64,000 nucleotides of DNA from the human T2T-CHM13v2.0 reference genome, Homo sapiens: the NCBI RefSeq assembly GCF_009914755.1, contig NC_060936.1; one strand, given 5' to 3'. Below are positions 1 through 20,390 of the stretch, one piece after another. Position numbers and translations under genes: made by a program. Under the pieces are notes generated by a model. It had not been told where the DNA came from and did no database searches. It saw only the letters and a list, made by a program, of their open reading frames with translations. Each line of letters opens with the position of its first letter. Within the stretch, counting starts at the first letter, position 1.

Positions 1-590
1 AATGCATTGTTATTAACTGTAGTTAACATATTGTACAGTAGATCTCTTGAACTCAATAGATCTTCTAACCGAAATTTTTGTACCCTTTGACCAACATCTC
101 CCCAGTCGTCTCTCTCCAGCCTCTGGTAACACCATTCTACTCTCTGTTTCTATGAATTCAGCTTTTTTAGAGTCCACATATTAAGTGAACCCTTTATGTG
201 GTATTTCACTTAATGTAATACCCTCCAGGATTATCTGTATTGTTGTAAGTGACAGGATTTCCTTCTTTTTCAAGGCTGAATAGTATTCTGTTATTTAGGT
301 TTACTACATTTTCTTTATCCATTCTTCATTGACAGACACTGAGGTTGATTCCTTATCTTGGCTATGGTGAATAGTGCTGCAGTGAACGTGGTAGAGCAGA
401 TGTTTCTTCAACATACTGACTTCACTTCCTTTGGATATATACCCGGTAGTGGGATTGCCGGATCATATGGTAGTTCTGTTTTTAATTTTTTGAGGAACCT
501 CTATATACCATTCTTCATAATGGCTATACTAACTTACATTTCCAGCCACAGTGAACATAGGTTCCCTTTTCTCCACATCCTGTCATTTTT
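1..590 (-). mobile_element. Old L1 (L1MA-like) 3' end fragment
   Basis: Typical antisense L1 3' text (cattttctttatccattc, agtgggattgccggatcatatggtagttct). Confidence 0.8.
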
Positions 591-1564
591 TTAAATTATC
601 TGTTTCTGGAATTCCTACTCCTTAGATATTGGACTTTCCACACTGATCCTCTGATTTTGTTATTTTTCCCATTTCCTATTTTATTAAATTAATTTTTTCC
701 TCCTAGATTTTAAAATAAGTAAATGTTTGTTATACCAAATTGGCAGAAACTTGGCTATAGTTTCTCCCTTTTTCCAGTCTATCTTATACACCAATCTGAT
801 CAAATCGATGACTGTGATCCACTGGTATTTCAAGTCTAGAGTTTGAATTTCAGGATTCTCTGTGACTTCATATCAGTATACCCATGCAACCATATTTTTA
901 CTCCCACATGTAACTTTTACCGTTGTTACTGTTTTGGAAACAGGCTGTCACCATTCCCAAATTGGTCTTCATTTTATACTCAGTGTTTGAAATGTCTGTC
1001 TTCTCCTTGATTCTCAGTTAATTTCTACTAATCTATCAGGGCAGGTCTGTCGGCTTGTTGAAACCTTCTCCGACCAGCCTCATCTTTTCATAGTGACAGA
1101 GTTGGAGCTGGAATCCAGTTTCCTGCTTTGTTCTATACTGTTATGCCCTATATTTAGCACTGCTGCTCAGATCAATTAAATGATGACTGTCAGGCCACGT
1201 AAGCTGGTTCTTTCCTTTTTGTCAGTGATTGCCTTCTAATTCTGTGGTTAAGTTACTCAGAGAAGGCCTCCAACATCAAGTTGGTTGTACTAGGATAAAG
1301 CACTGTAAAACAGCTAATAAAGTGCCTGGTGGAGTTAGTGGTTCATAAATTGTTATCCATGGTTTTCAACTGTGAATCCAGTAATGGCCCATATCACAGA
1401 ACCAGAACCTAGAGTTCCCTTTTTCCAGGTCAAGGCTGTGTTCCCAGTGCTGGTGCCTTGCATATTCCTGTGAATCTCCATCCATGGCTACCCAGTACTT
1501 GGCCTCAGTAGACAGCCTGCGGGTTTGGATGTATTAGAACTGTGCTGTTAGAAGTTTTACAATA

Positions 1565-1923
<359 letters not shown>

Positions 1924-2412
1924 TTAACAGATATTTTAACTGCCTCTTTCTTCGACTTCTTGATTCAAGACAAGAAGTACATTTCTCAAACAACTTTTGA
2001 TATGTGAATTGCTGAGGAAAACTATATAGTCCCAACCTGGCAAGTTAAGAGTTCTTTGAAATTGTTAATGAAATACTTCATGCTGGGAACCTGGTAGAAG
2101 TACTTAATTTCTGAAAAATCTTTTGATAATGCTTCCCCTAAGAGTTTAAGGAAAATGCTAGCAGAGTAAAAAGTACTACCTTTTTCATAGGTTTAAACAT
2201 ATTAAAACAATAGCGAAAAAGATTATGATAAAGCTGCTGTTCCTCCCAGAGAGGTCAGTCATTGGTTGACACCACTTTTTTTATAGCAAATATTTCCAGA
2301 GCTAACAAAACTCTTTGGAGGAGAGTTTGGAAAAACAATTGACAGACATCAAGTTAAGGTTTTTGAAAAACTAAAAATATACTAGTTTTCTAAATAAATT
2401 GAGCTGAATTTA

Positions 2413-2815
<403 letters not shown>

Positions 2816-2974
2816 TCACATATCTGTACCAGTTTCAGTGTAATTTGATTTATTTATTTTTATTAGTGGGATTTTAAATATTTACATTTTAAAGTTGGGG
2901 AAGATAAAAATAAAATAATTCCTAGTCTGCCATTTTATTTTTATGAAGCAGGTTGCTACTAGAATCTTTTCATA

Positions 2975-3500
2975 TTGGTTTCTATATGTTGTTTGTTGTT
3001 GTGTAATATATTACTCCAAAATTTAGGGGCCTGAAACAATAAGCATTTATTATCTCACAACATTTCTCTGGGTCAAAAATTTGAGAATGGCTTAGCTGGG
3101 TGGTTCTGGCTTGGGGTCTCTCATGAGGTTGCAATCAAGTTATTGGCCCAGGCAGCCATCACCTGAAGGTTTGGCTGGAGCTAGAGGATCTGATTCCAAA
3201 GTGGCTCACCCATATGGTTGGCAGCTTAGTGCTGACACCTGGTGAGAAGCCTCAGCCCTTTACCATGTGAACACCCTCTTAGGGTTGCTTGAGTATCCTT
3301 ATGACATGGCAGCTGGCTTCTCGAGTGATCCAAGTAGGAAGGCAAAAGCCACCATGTGTTTTCTTACCAAATATTGAAGTCACACGTGGGTATTTCCACA
3401 ATCTCCACTTGGTTACATAGGTCAGCTCTGTTAATTATGGAAGGGGCATGAATACTAGGAGGAGAGAATCATTGTGGGTCATTTTTGAGGCTAGCTACCC
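2975..3500 (-). mobile_element. MLT1-family LTR (ERVL-MaLR)
   Basis: Contains catttattatctcaca...ggcttagctgggtggttctggcttggggtctctcatgaggttgcaatcaag. Boundaries approximate. Confidence 0.75.
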
Positions 3501-4100
3501 GTTTCCCTTATTTGCTATGTTAATTATTTTAACTTGCTTTTGTATTAGTTTCTTCCTATGGCTAAAGATTTCAAACATTCAGAAAAGTAGGACTAGTATA
3601 AAGAACACTCATATATCTGTCATGACCTAACACATTAATAATTTACTGTTTGTGTTGGCAGTTTTTTCTGCAATATCTTAAAATTATAGACATTTTGGAA
3701 AACATTTTACTATATGATCTGGCCCTTGCCGCCCTCTCTTTCTTTCACTCATAGACATAAAAAGTTTGCACTTTAAAGAAATTAATATATTTTCTTACAG
3801 TACCATAACATCATTGTCACAGTATCCAAATTTGAAATAATTCCTGGTTAACATCTAATACTGAGACCATATTTAAATTTGTTCAGTTGTCCCCAAAATG
3901 TAATGTATTTTATAGCTGGTTAATCCAAGCCATGATACAAATGAAGACTATGTATTTTATTCAGTTGTGTTTGTCTTCCTTTAGAGCAGAACTCCCTTTT
4001 TAGTATCATTATACTGGGTTATGTTTTGTGTAGATTGTCTCACCACCCGGATTTGTCTGATTATTTTCTAGTGATGTCATTTAACTTATTTCTGCATCTT

Positions 4101-4230
4101 CTGTCTTGTGTTGTCTTGTCTTGTCTTGTCTTGTCTTGTCTTGTCTTGTCTTGTCTTGTCCCGTCCCGTCCCGTCCCGTCCCGTCCCGTCCCGTCCCGTC
4201 CCGTCCTGCCCTGCCCTGCCCTGTCTTGTC
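4101..4230. repeat. Compound pentanucleotide microsatellite (TTGTC)10(CCGTC)9(CTGCC)3
   Basis: Read directly from the sequence. Confidence 0.97.
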
Positions 4231-4505
4231 TTTCTTTTTTGAGATAGTATCTTGCTCTATTGCCCAAGCCAGAGTGCAGTGGCATGAACATGGTTCACTG
4301 AAGCCTCAAGCTCCTGGGCTCAGCCTCCTGTATAGCTGGGACCACTGGCATGCACCAGCACGACCTGGCTAATTTTTAATTTTTTTGTAGAGACAGGGTC
4401 TCACCATATTGCCCAGGCTGATCTCCAACTCCTGGGCTCTAGCGATCTTCCCATCTTGGCTTTCCAAAGTGCTAAGATTATATATGTGAGCCACTGTGCC
4501 CAGCC
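4231..4505 (-). mobile_element. Alu (AluJ-like) with a microsatellite-converted tail
   Basis: Antisense dimer with a small internal deletion near 4320. Confidence 0.9.
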
Positions 4506-6171
4506 TGTATTTTCTTTAATTTGGAAGTTATATCTAAAACTTGATTCGATTCAGATTAAACAGTTCTGGTAAAAGTACTTCAGAAGCGATGCTGTGTATT
4601 TTACATATCATATCATGAGGCACAGAATGAGTGCCTGGCTATCCCATTATAAGTGAAGTTAAGTTTGATCATTTGCTTAAGGAGATTATAGCCACATCCG
4701 CCAGTAGTATAGTTCCAGTTTCCCGCTTTGACCTGCATGTCCTGTATGAGTTGATACTCCAATACCATGTGAATGTCTCATTTTTCATTAACTTTTTACC
4801 CAGTGTCTTTAGCATCCATTGGTAATGCTAATGTATTATTTCATTAAGGGTTACAAAATAATGTAGTTTGCTTTAGTTTGATTCTTATGTTGTTAAATTA
4901 CATGTTTTTCTTCTCCCTTCTCCTTTGGTGGTTAACACTAACTGCACAATATTTGTGGTTTTGAATCCTTTTTCCTTGCCCCTAGATGTCCCTTTCTTTT
5001 TAAGTTTGTTTATCAAGTAGTAGTTACTTAATTAATCTTGGTTAAGTGAATGGCTATACTTCCTTTATTCTGGTGTATCAGGGCTTCCCCAAATTACCAG
5101 CTCCCTTTTTCATTAAGTTATGTGTTTTTGTCATCAATTCATCAAATATTTGTAGAACATTTGCTATGTGTCAGTTAAGTACAGTGATGAGGAGCTGGGC
5201 TGTTATTAATGAAGTAGTCTGAATCCCTTTGTTTTGAGGAAGCTCTAATATCTTGTTGGCAACATCCAAGTAAATAATTCAACTATCACAACATAACCAC
5301 TGGATTATGTGCCAGGGCCTGATAGACAATGAACACCTAAATATTTATTTACTGACTTGGGTAAGAGTTGTAATATTGATCTGTTAAGGTTCAGTGGAGC
5401 CCAGAGGAAGACTTAGTGGTTGAGGAGCTGGAGAAAGTTGCTCAGAAATGACATTGACTTGGATATTTGTTAGGGTGACTTAGCATGCAAATTAGACACT
5501 TTTGACAGCAAAAGGGAGCACTAAAAATACTTAAAATTATATAATTAAAAATATTGAATGATACATTGCCTTTATTTTATTGGTAGATCTTCTGTTCAAG
5601 AGAAAATAGTTCCATTCAAACAGTAAAAAATTCATTCTAACACTAAAATATACTCATGTACATCAAAGCCAAAAAATGTATTTATATTATCTCAGCATTA
5701 TAAAACAACACAAGTTGAATTATTACTCTGCTTTAATTAGCTTCTTAGCTGTATCAATCTATGTGTCTAAGTTGCATTTTGTGTTTATTAAGTTTAAAAT
5801 TCTTGATAGTTTTCAATTGATTCTTACCCATGAAATGTGTTTTTAAAATTGAGAAAATATTTTCTCTATAAGTGTTGAGATACTTGGTAAATTTAGCACA
5901 TTCTATAAATGGAGGATATTTTCAATTCACATTTTTTAATTGAAATGTGTAAATATTTTACCAGAAATGTTTTCACAGCTAATATATTTTTGCCTCCATT
6001 CTGAGACAAAATAGTAAATATTTTTATAAGACAAAACTTGTCAAATAAGATGTTTCTGTTTATGATCCTTTGGGATATTTTGCTAATTCAAATACTGTAA
6101 AATTAAAAGTCTTCTCAATTTCATTTCTTTCCAGTACAGAATGTAAGCTTATCTAATTTAAAATAGGAGCT

Positions 6172-6672
6172 TGTGGTAGCTAGTCTCCAGAGATGGACCA
6201 CGTCTCTGGTATTGATGCCTTTGTGTAGTCCTGTACTGCATTAATTCTGGGCTGACCCTGTAAGTCCCTTTAACCAATGGAATATGGTAGAAGTGTTGCT
6301 CTACAGCTGCTTCAACAATTTTGGGTGCTCTGAGCTGCCTATTAAGAAATTCAGCTACCTTGTTGGAAAAGGCACTTGGAAAGGGAGAGGTTTGAGGACT
6401 ACATGGAGAGAAAGAAGGAGACTTAATGTCCCAGCAGAGCCCAGTCTTCCAGCCGTACCCTTCAAGGTATCAGAAATATGAGTGAAATCATCTTGCATTT
6501 CCCAGTCCCAGCCACCATCTGAGTTTAGCCACACAAGAGATCTAAAGTGAAAGCAGCAGCACAACCACTCAGCTGAGCCCCAGTCAACCTGTCAGGAGAA
6601 ATAGAATGACTGCTGTTTTTAGCCACAATGTTTTGTGGTGGTTGTTATGTAACAAAAGACAGTCAAAAGAGA
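6172..6672 (+). mobile_element. MLT1-family LTR (MLT1G/H-like)
   Basis: Runs tgtggtag...ccactcagctgagccccagtcaacc...gttgttatgtaacaaaag. Confidence 0.75.
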
Positions 6673-7508
6673 CAAGTTGAAGTATTCCAAAGTGCAACTT
6701 TAGAATTTTAAAATTAACCCCATGTATACTAGTTGAAATCTCATTATTTAATTTGTTCAAATCCATTCTTTTGTAGGAGTAAATTTTATGTCTCCCTCTT
6801 TGCAAAATTGTCATTAATAATTGAAGTTCACTAACAGTTTCAAAAACAAGAGGCTTTGGTGTTTTATTTAATATTTTTTTAAATAAAAGATTTTCAACTG
6901 ATTTTGAAAAAAAAAAGCCAACATTTAAAGGCCTCATTTAGAAGATAGTTCAAGACCAGTGTACATCAGCTTAGATTAATTGACAGAATGGCTCTTAACT
7001 CTTCAAAGAATCAGATGTTTCTAGTATTCAGCTGATGAGAATCAGCAGAGAGAGTGTGTGTATTGCCATGAAGAAAGATTTATGTTTAATTTAATGTCAC
7101 CTTTTTCACAAAGATCAGATCGTTCTTTTATTCTGTGTATAAATAAAATGTTTAAAATTTGGCAATGACAGCTTTTACTTTAGTTGTTAGACTATGGAAG
7201 CATATTTGGATGAAATTATGAATTATGTGTCTGTCACAAAGAGATCCAGGTATATTTCTGTTCCATAGGTTTCCTAATTTAATAAGAACATATTTTTACC
7301 ATGATACTACAACAAAATTTGTATCCATGTTGTCACTGCAAAATCACATAATTATGTGTTTATCCTAACCTCTTTAACTGAATTTATAGTGGTAGTCACA
7401 ACAATGTCAGTTATTTTATCTTCAGCAAAATAGACTTCCGGTTTTTTTATTTGATAAATTAGATTTTTAAAATGAGTCAATATTCAAATTAACTGATTTT
7501 CTGTTTGA

Positions 7509-7900
<392 letters not shown>

Positions 7901-8625
7901 TGCTTTACTTCTTACACATTCACTAGAAAATTTAGATCTAAAAGTGAGCAATATTTAGAATAGTCATTTATTTAAATGGAAGTCATGCTTCAGAGTTTTC
8001 TGGTAACTGTATCTTCTGAATATGTGTTAAATTGCCATCTTTGGACACAGGCATCCTAACATAACTACTAATTTTTTGAGGTAGATACCGATGCTTTTTA
8101 GCAGATTTAGGTCATCCTGGAGTCTGATATATAAATAGATAGATAGATAGATATCTTTGGTTTCCATAGCACGTGGCAAATGTTGAAAAACATTTTGTGC
8201 AAATTGCAGATAATCAACTTTCCTGAGAAATGGGAATTGAGAGTAAAATTTTTTATTAAACATACTTTTTGTGAGGTCATTGTAACTGATAGTTTTTGTT
8301 GTTGTTGTAGAATTAAAAAGCCTGACCCAAAGAAAATAGTTTAGATTTACAGAATTTGATAAATCATAAAAGCATTGCTTTCAGTGTGCTCTCTGCAAGG
8401 AACCTAGTGATTTCCCGTACATATTTCATGTTCACCTAATCTACAGTAGCGGCTCATTGACCTACTGACTGTGGGTATTGTGTGTTTGTGTCTCTTGCAT
8501 GATTGAGCTCAGGCCGGGGCTCAACTAGCTGCTATAGCAAATGGGTATAACAGAGACACAACAGTGTTGAATACTTCTCCTACTGCCACCCAAGAGTAGA
8601 AGGACTTAGCCGTCTGTAGCCACAA

Positions 8626-9864
8626 TTTTTTTTTTAATTTCAATAGTTTTTGAGGTACAGGTGGTTTTGGATTACATGGTTAAGTTCTTTAGTGGTGATT
8701 TCTGAGATTTTAGTGTACCCATCACCCTAGCAATGTACGCTGTACCTAATATGTAGTCTTTTATTCCTCACCCCTCCCTATTCTCTCCCGCTGAATCCTC
8801 AGAGTTCGCTATATCATCCTTATGCCTTTGTGTCCTCACAGCTTAGCCCCCACTTATAAGTGAGATCATAGGATGTTTGGTTTTCCATTCCTGAGTTACT
8901 TCACTTAGAACTGTGGCCTCCAGCTCCACCCAAGTTGCTGCAAAAGACATTATTTCATTTCCTTTTATGGCTCAGTACTCCATGATGTATATATACCACA
9001 TTTTCTTTATCCACTTATTGATTCATGGGCACTTAGGTTGATTCCGTATCTTTGCATTTGCAAAATGTGCTGCAATAAACATACATGTGCATGTTGTCTT
9101 TTTCATATAATGACTTCTTTTCCTTTGGGAAGATACCTAATAGTGGGATTGCTGGATTGAATGGTAAGTTCTTTAAGGAATCCCCGTACTGTTTTCTGTA
9201 GTGGTTGTACTAATTTACATTCCCATCACCAATGTAAAAGTGTTCCCTTTTCACCACATTTATATCAACGTCTATTATTTTTTGACTTTTTAATTATGGT
9301 CATTCTTGCAGGAGTAAAGTGGTGTCTCATTGTGGTTTTAATTTGCATTTCCCTGATAATTAGTGATGTTGACCTTTTTAAAAATATGTTTGTTGGTTAT
9401 TTGTATATCTTCTTTTGAGAAATGTCTATTTATGTCCTTTGCCCACTTTTAATGGGATTACTTGTTTTTTTCTTGCTGATTTGTTTGAGTTCCTTGTAGA
9501 TTCTGAATGCTATTCTTTTGTCGGATGCATAGTTTGCGAATATTTACTCCCACTCTGTGGGTTGTCTGTTAACTTTGCTAATTTTTTTTTGCTGTGCAGA
9601 AGCTTCTTAGTTTAATTAGGTCCCATTTATTTATTTTTGTTGTTGTTGCATTTGCTTTTGGGGTCTTAGTCATGAATTGTTTACTTAAGCTAACATCCAG
9701 AAGAGTTTTTCTGATGTTATCTTCTAGCATTTTTATGGTTTCAGATCTTAGATTTGTCTTTCATCTGTCTTGAGATGATTTTTGTATAAGGCAAGAGATG
9801 GGGATCCAATTTCATTTTTATACATCTGGCTTGCCAGTTTTCCTAGCACCATTTATTGAATAGA
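8626..9864 (-). mobile_element. 5'-truncated L1 (L1PB-like)
   Basis: Poly-T followed by L1PB-type 3'UTR and ORF2 C-terminal region. TSD core gtagccac at 8616 and 9865. Confidence 0.85.
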
Positions 9865-10944
9865 GTAGCCACGAATATTCTGAGTACCCTCAGTAATCAG
9901 TGAATGCCTGGCATGCTGGGAGTGTTAGTTTTGTTATGTCCAGGAGAGTGGGGAAGAGAGTCAAGTTTTGGTTTTCTTTTAGAGTGAAACACTTGGTAAA
10001 GTAACACTATTCACTGCACCGGGCTCTCACGTGCTGTGCGACATTGCTGGAGACCGTGAGAGAAGAGAAGCTGGAGTCTCCCAAATGCATCTTGGTTTAT
10101 TTTCAACTTTGTTAAGAAATGAAATATAGAAGATGAATGCTAACACAGAGGGGACAGGAGGCATAAACCAGGCTTGTCTTGGGCAACCCAGGATGAGGTG
10201 GTCACTCTAGTGAGGACCAAAGCTCAGCAGTAGTTGGACCATATTGGGAAGAGCTATCAAATTTGACTTCAGTAGTTACTTAGAGCATAGAGTGGTTGGG
10301 GAGAGGGATAGCGATGTCACCCCTGACAGTGTGTTCTAATCTGTAAACTCTTCCACACACTTACCTGAGGCTGTTTATGGGTAGTGAGCAGAGGAAGCTC
10401 TTCTTTGAATTTTGTGCTTTGTGAATCTTACAGATGCTTCTGAATCTTTGACTTTTCACTCTCCAGGTGAGAATAACAGCACCAGAGATTGAGTAGCTCT
10501 TATTTGTTTGAAGACAAATTTTAAACGCAGAGTAGAAAAGCAATAGTCAGTTGATTGATGAGATTTTGACCCCCTCCACTGTATTCCTTTTAGTGATTTG
10601 GTACAGGCCACCACCTGCTCTTGCTTGAGCTTCCTACTTGACTTTCGCACCACAGCCAGAGGGGTTATTTAAAAATGTAAATCAGATCATTTCAGCCCTT
10701 GCTGAAAATTCTCTAAAAGACTTCCCATCTCACATGGGAAAACCTTTCTGTGCTGAAAAAAGTTCTCCTTAAGGACCTTTTAAACCCTGTTGGCCATGGC
10801 TCACCATATGCAGTGTATTTTATATTGCCACACAGTACATGCCACACAGTACACACGGGTTTGAAACAGAACTTCCACGAATGATCCTACCTGTATAACA
10901 TGTGCTGTATCTTGACATTTTCTATTTTCTGTTTCTTCTTTTTT

Positions 10945-17110
<6,166 letters not shown>

Positions 17111-17333
17111 CTGTTTCTTCTTTTTTAAAAATGCTGGTTGCCACTGACAAAACTGATTTCATGACTTATCTGTGAGTTATTACCCTCATTTTGGAAAATA
17201 TGTTACTATATGATCTGGGCCTTGTCACCCTCTCTTCCATTTCCCGTACCTGGCCTTGCCTACTTTCCCCTGATTACACTGTGTCCCTGCTTTGCCTTAG
17301 ATATGACTGTTCACTCTTGCCTTCTCCTCTTTC

Positions 17334-17886
17334 TGTTACCAGAAAGGGGTCCTGATACAGACCCCAAGAGAGGGTTCTTGGATCTTGCACAAGAAAGAAT
17401 TTAGGGCGAGTCCAGAGTAAAGTGAAAGCAAGTTTATTAAAAAAGTAAGGGAATAAAAGAATGGTTGCTCCATAGACAGAGCAGCCCTGAGGGCTTCTGG
17501 TTGCCTATTTTTAATGGTTATTTCCTGATTATATGCTAAACAAGGGGTGGATTATTTGTGCCTCCCCTTTTTAGACCATATAGGGTAACTTCCTGATGTT
17601 GCCATGGCATTTGTAAACTGTCATGGCACTTGTGGGAGTGTGGCAGTGAGGAGGACCAGAGGTCACTCTCATAGCCATTTTGGTTTTGGTGGGTTTTAGC
17701 TGGCTTCTTTACTGCAACCTGTTTTATCAGCAAGGTCTTTATGACCTGTATTTTGTGTTGACCTCCAGTCTCATCCTGTGACTTAGAATGCCTTAACCAT
17801 CTGGGAATGCAGCCCAGTAAGTTTCAGCCTCATTTTACCCAGCCCCTGTGCAAGATGGAATTGCTCTGGTTCAAATGCCTCTGACA
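17334..17886 (-). mobile_element. MER41A-type solo LTR (ERV1)
   Basis: TG...CA termini, 553 bp, 4-bp TSD tttc (17330-17333 / 17887-17890). Minus strand begins TGTCAGAGGCATTTGAACCAGAGCAA, as in the MER41 consensus. Confidence 0.88.
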
Positions 17887-19167
17887 TTTCTGCCTAGAAC
17901 ACTGTTTCCCTATATGATGGCCTCATTGCTTATTTCACGTGGGGTCCTGCTCAAATGTTTTATTATCAGATTTTCCTGGCTCATGCCCATCCTACATTCT
18001 CCATTTTCTTACCCTATATAACTTTTCATTGTAGCTCAGATGTATAATATAGTTAATAGATATTTATGTGTTTATCTCTTATTAGGAAAGGCCTATGAGA
18101 ATAAGGATTTTGTTTTTTCAGCACTGCTCACTCTCTAGAGCCTCCAGTGGTGTCTGGCACCATTTTGGATAGCCCTTTGATATTAGTTGAATGAATGAAT
18201 GGTATTCATAGACAGACTTGCATTTATCAAACTCTCCAGGAGGTTTTCTGTCCCTTGTCTGTCTTGTATCTTGTGTAAGTCTTGACTTTGGGTAGAGATC
18301 CCTGCAGATTCTGTAAACAAGGCTGGAGCCATTTGATCTAGGAATTCTGGGTCCTGTGTACCTTGAGCATGGACTAGAGGGGAATGTTGGCCCAGGGACA
18401 GTCTGTGCCCTTGGCCCCACAGACCCCTGCCCATGGGTAGGAGCACAGCTATGGGTGGGCCAGAGCAGGCTCTAAGTAGAGTGTGGGCCCATCTCATCCC
18501 TTTGTAATGTTGGCATCATGTAGGAGCAATATAATTATCAGTTTCTACCTGGGGGCCTGTGGTGAAGATTTTGGTGATCTTTTCTATGGGAACAGAAACA
18601 GGGCATTCTGACATCATCATTTCTGCCTGACATTGTGTAGCTGTATCAGGCTGGCTTTCTGGAATAGCTCAGTGGCCAAAGATTGATCACGAAGGGTTTA
18701 GAGCTGTGAAAATGCCCCAGGTAGGTGTTGTATAATGCTGGTGCCTGGACCACAGACAGCTGCCTTACTGGTTTACCTACTGTAGTCTGCCTTTCATTCT
18801 ACCTGTCCTTCACACTGCTGCCTGGCAGTTCCTCTTAATTCAAGAGTCAAGTATTATTATGTGTTATATTTCCTGCTCAATAAGATAATGCATGCTCTTT
18901 GTAAGAATGTTTAAATATTAGGGGAATATATAACGTGAGAAAGTAGGAATATAATCTTACCTCTGAAGAAAAACACTTCTATCAATTTGGCATATAGTTT
19001 ATTTTCTTTGCACATACACCAACAGATACATGTTTTGTGTTCTTTTTGTTTTTATTAACAGTTTTATTTTAAAAAGCACACTGCTGTGCATATTTCTTAT
19101 TTTTACTGAGTAATGTATCATAATCAGTTTTCTACAACAGTACTTACTGATGTACCTCGTTCTTTTT

Positions 19168-19461
19168 TTTTTTCTTTTTTTTGAGACGGAGTCTTGCTCT
19201 GTTGCCCAGGCTAGAGTACAGTGGCGCAATCTCAGCTCACTGCAACCTCCGCCTCCCAGGTTCAAGCGATTCTTCTGCCTCAGTCCCCTGACTACTGAGA
19301 CTACAGGCTTGCACCACCATGCCCAGCTAATTTTTGTGCTTTTAGTGGAGACAGGGTTTCACCATATTGACCAGGCTGGTCTCGAACTCCTGACCTTGTG
19401 ATCCGCCTGCCTCGGCCTCCCAAAGTGCTGGGATTACAGGCGTGAGCCACTGCACCTGGCC
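19168..19461 (-). mobile_element. Alu (AluS)
   Basis: Antisense dimer with TSD tgtacYtcRttcttttt. Confidence 0.94.
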
Positions 19462-19729
19462 TGTACTTCATTCTTTTTAATGGCTGAATTGTATTCTGTT
19501 TTTTGGATTTGCTATATATTATTGAACTGGACATGGATCTTGGTGTCATTTCCAACAGTGCTGCCACACATACGTTTTCATGTTTGCATTTGCAAACTTA
19601 TGTACGTATTTCCATGGGACATATTCTGTGTACTGATTACTTTTTTAAAATACTCCTTTAATTCTGTTACAGCCCTGTTTGGAGATCTTCTCTGACTTCT
19701 GGTCACCTGTATCATAAAGTCTAGACTAG

Positions 19730-20043
19730 AGCCTAGAGCCAATAGAAACATAATGTGAGACATGGAGTCATTTTAAATTTTCAAGTGTACACATTATAAA
19801 AAAAATAAAAAGGAACAGGTGAAAATATTTTAATAGCATTTTACTTAGCCAAGTGTACCCCAAATATTATAATTTCATTGTGAAATCAATGTTAAAACGT
19901 AATTAGATATTTTACACCCTTCTTTTTGTACTGAATCTTTGAAATCTATGTATTTTACACTTAAAGCACATTTCGATTTGGACTATCCACATTTCAAGGG
20001 CTCAGGTAGGCACAAGTGTGTGGCTCCTGATTGGACAGCGCAT
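19730..20043. mobile_element. MER33-like hAT-Charlie DNA transposon
   Basis: Runs ccaatagaaacataatgtgag...ttacacttaaagcacatttcgatttggactatccacatttcaagggctca...ttggacagcgca. Confidence 0.75.
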
Positions 20044-20206
20044 GTCTACACTCAGCCTGGTGCTTACAGCACTTTACAAGTAAGCCATAGTCAGTCAAAC
20101 AAGCCACATTCAGTCACATTTAGCCAACCTGCTTTTGCTTCTGACAGCCCCACAAACTTGCAGTGCTTCCGGTTTATTTTTCCTGCATCCTGCCCAGTTT
20201 TTTGGG

Positions 20207-20390
20207 CAGGGTTTCTCAGCTTTGGCACTGTTGAAGTTTGGGACCACATAATTCTAAGTTGTGGGTGCCTTGTAGGATACTGAGCAGTATCCTTGGCCTC
20301 TACCCACTAGATACAAGTGGCACCTTCTCCTCTAGAATCCCCCTACCCCATCTGTGGTGACCAAAAATGTCTCTAGACTGAGAAACAATG
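20207..20390. mobile_element. MER20 DNA transposon (internally deleted)
   Basis: Runs cagggtttctcagctttggcact...ccttggcctctacccactagatacaagtggcac...ccaaaaatgtctctagac. Confidence 0.75.

Noticed and set aside
4026-4372. Repetitive ORFs (VLSCL/RPVPS) or an array-like structure
   Set aside because: Translation of the pentanucleotide microsatellite. There are no spacers, so it is not a CRISPR array.
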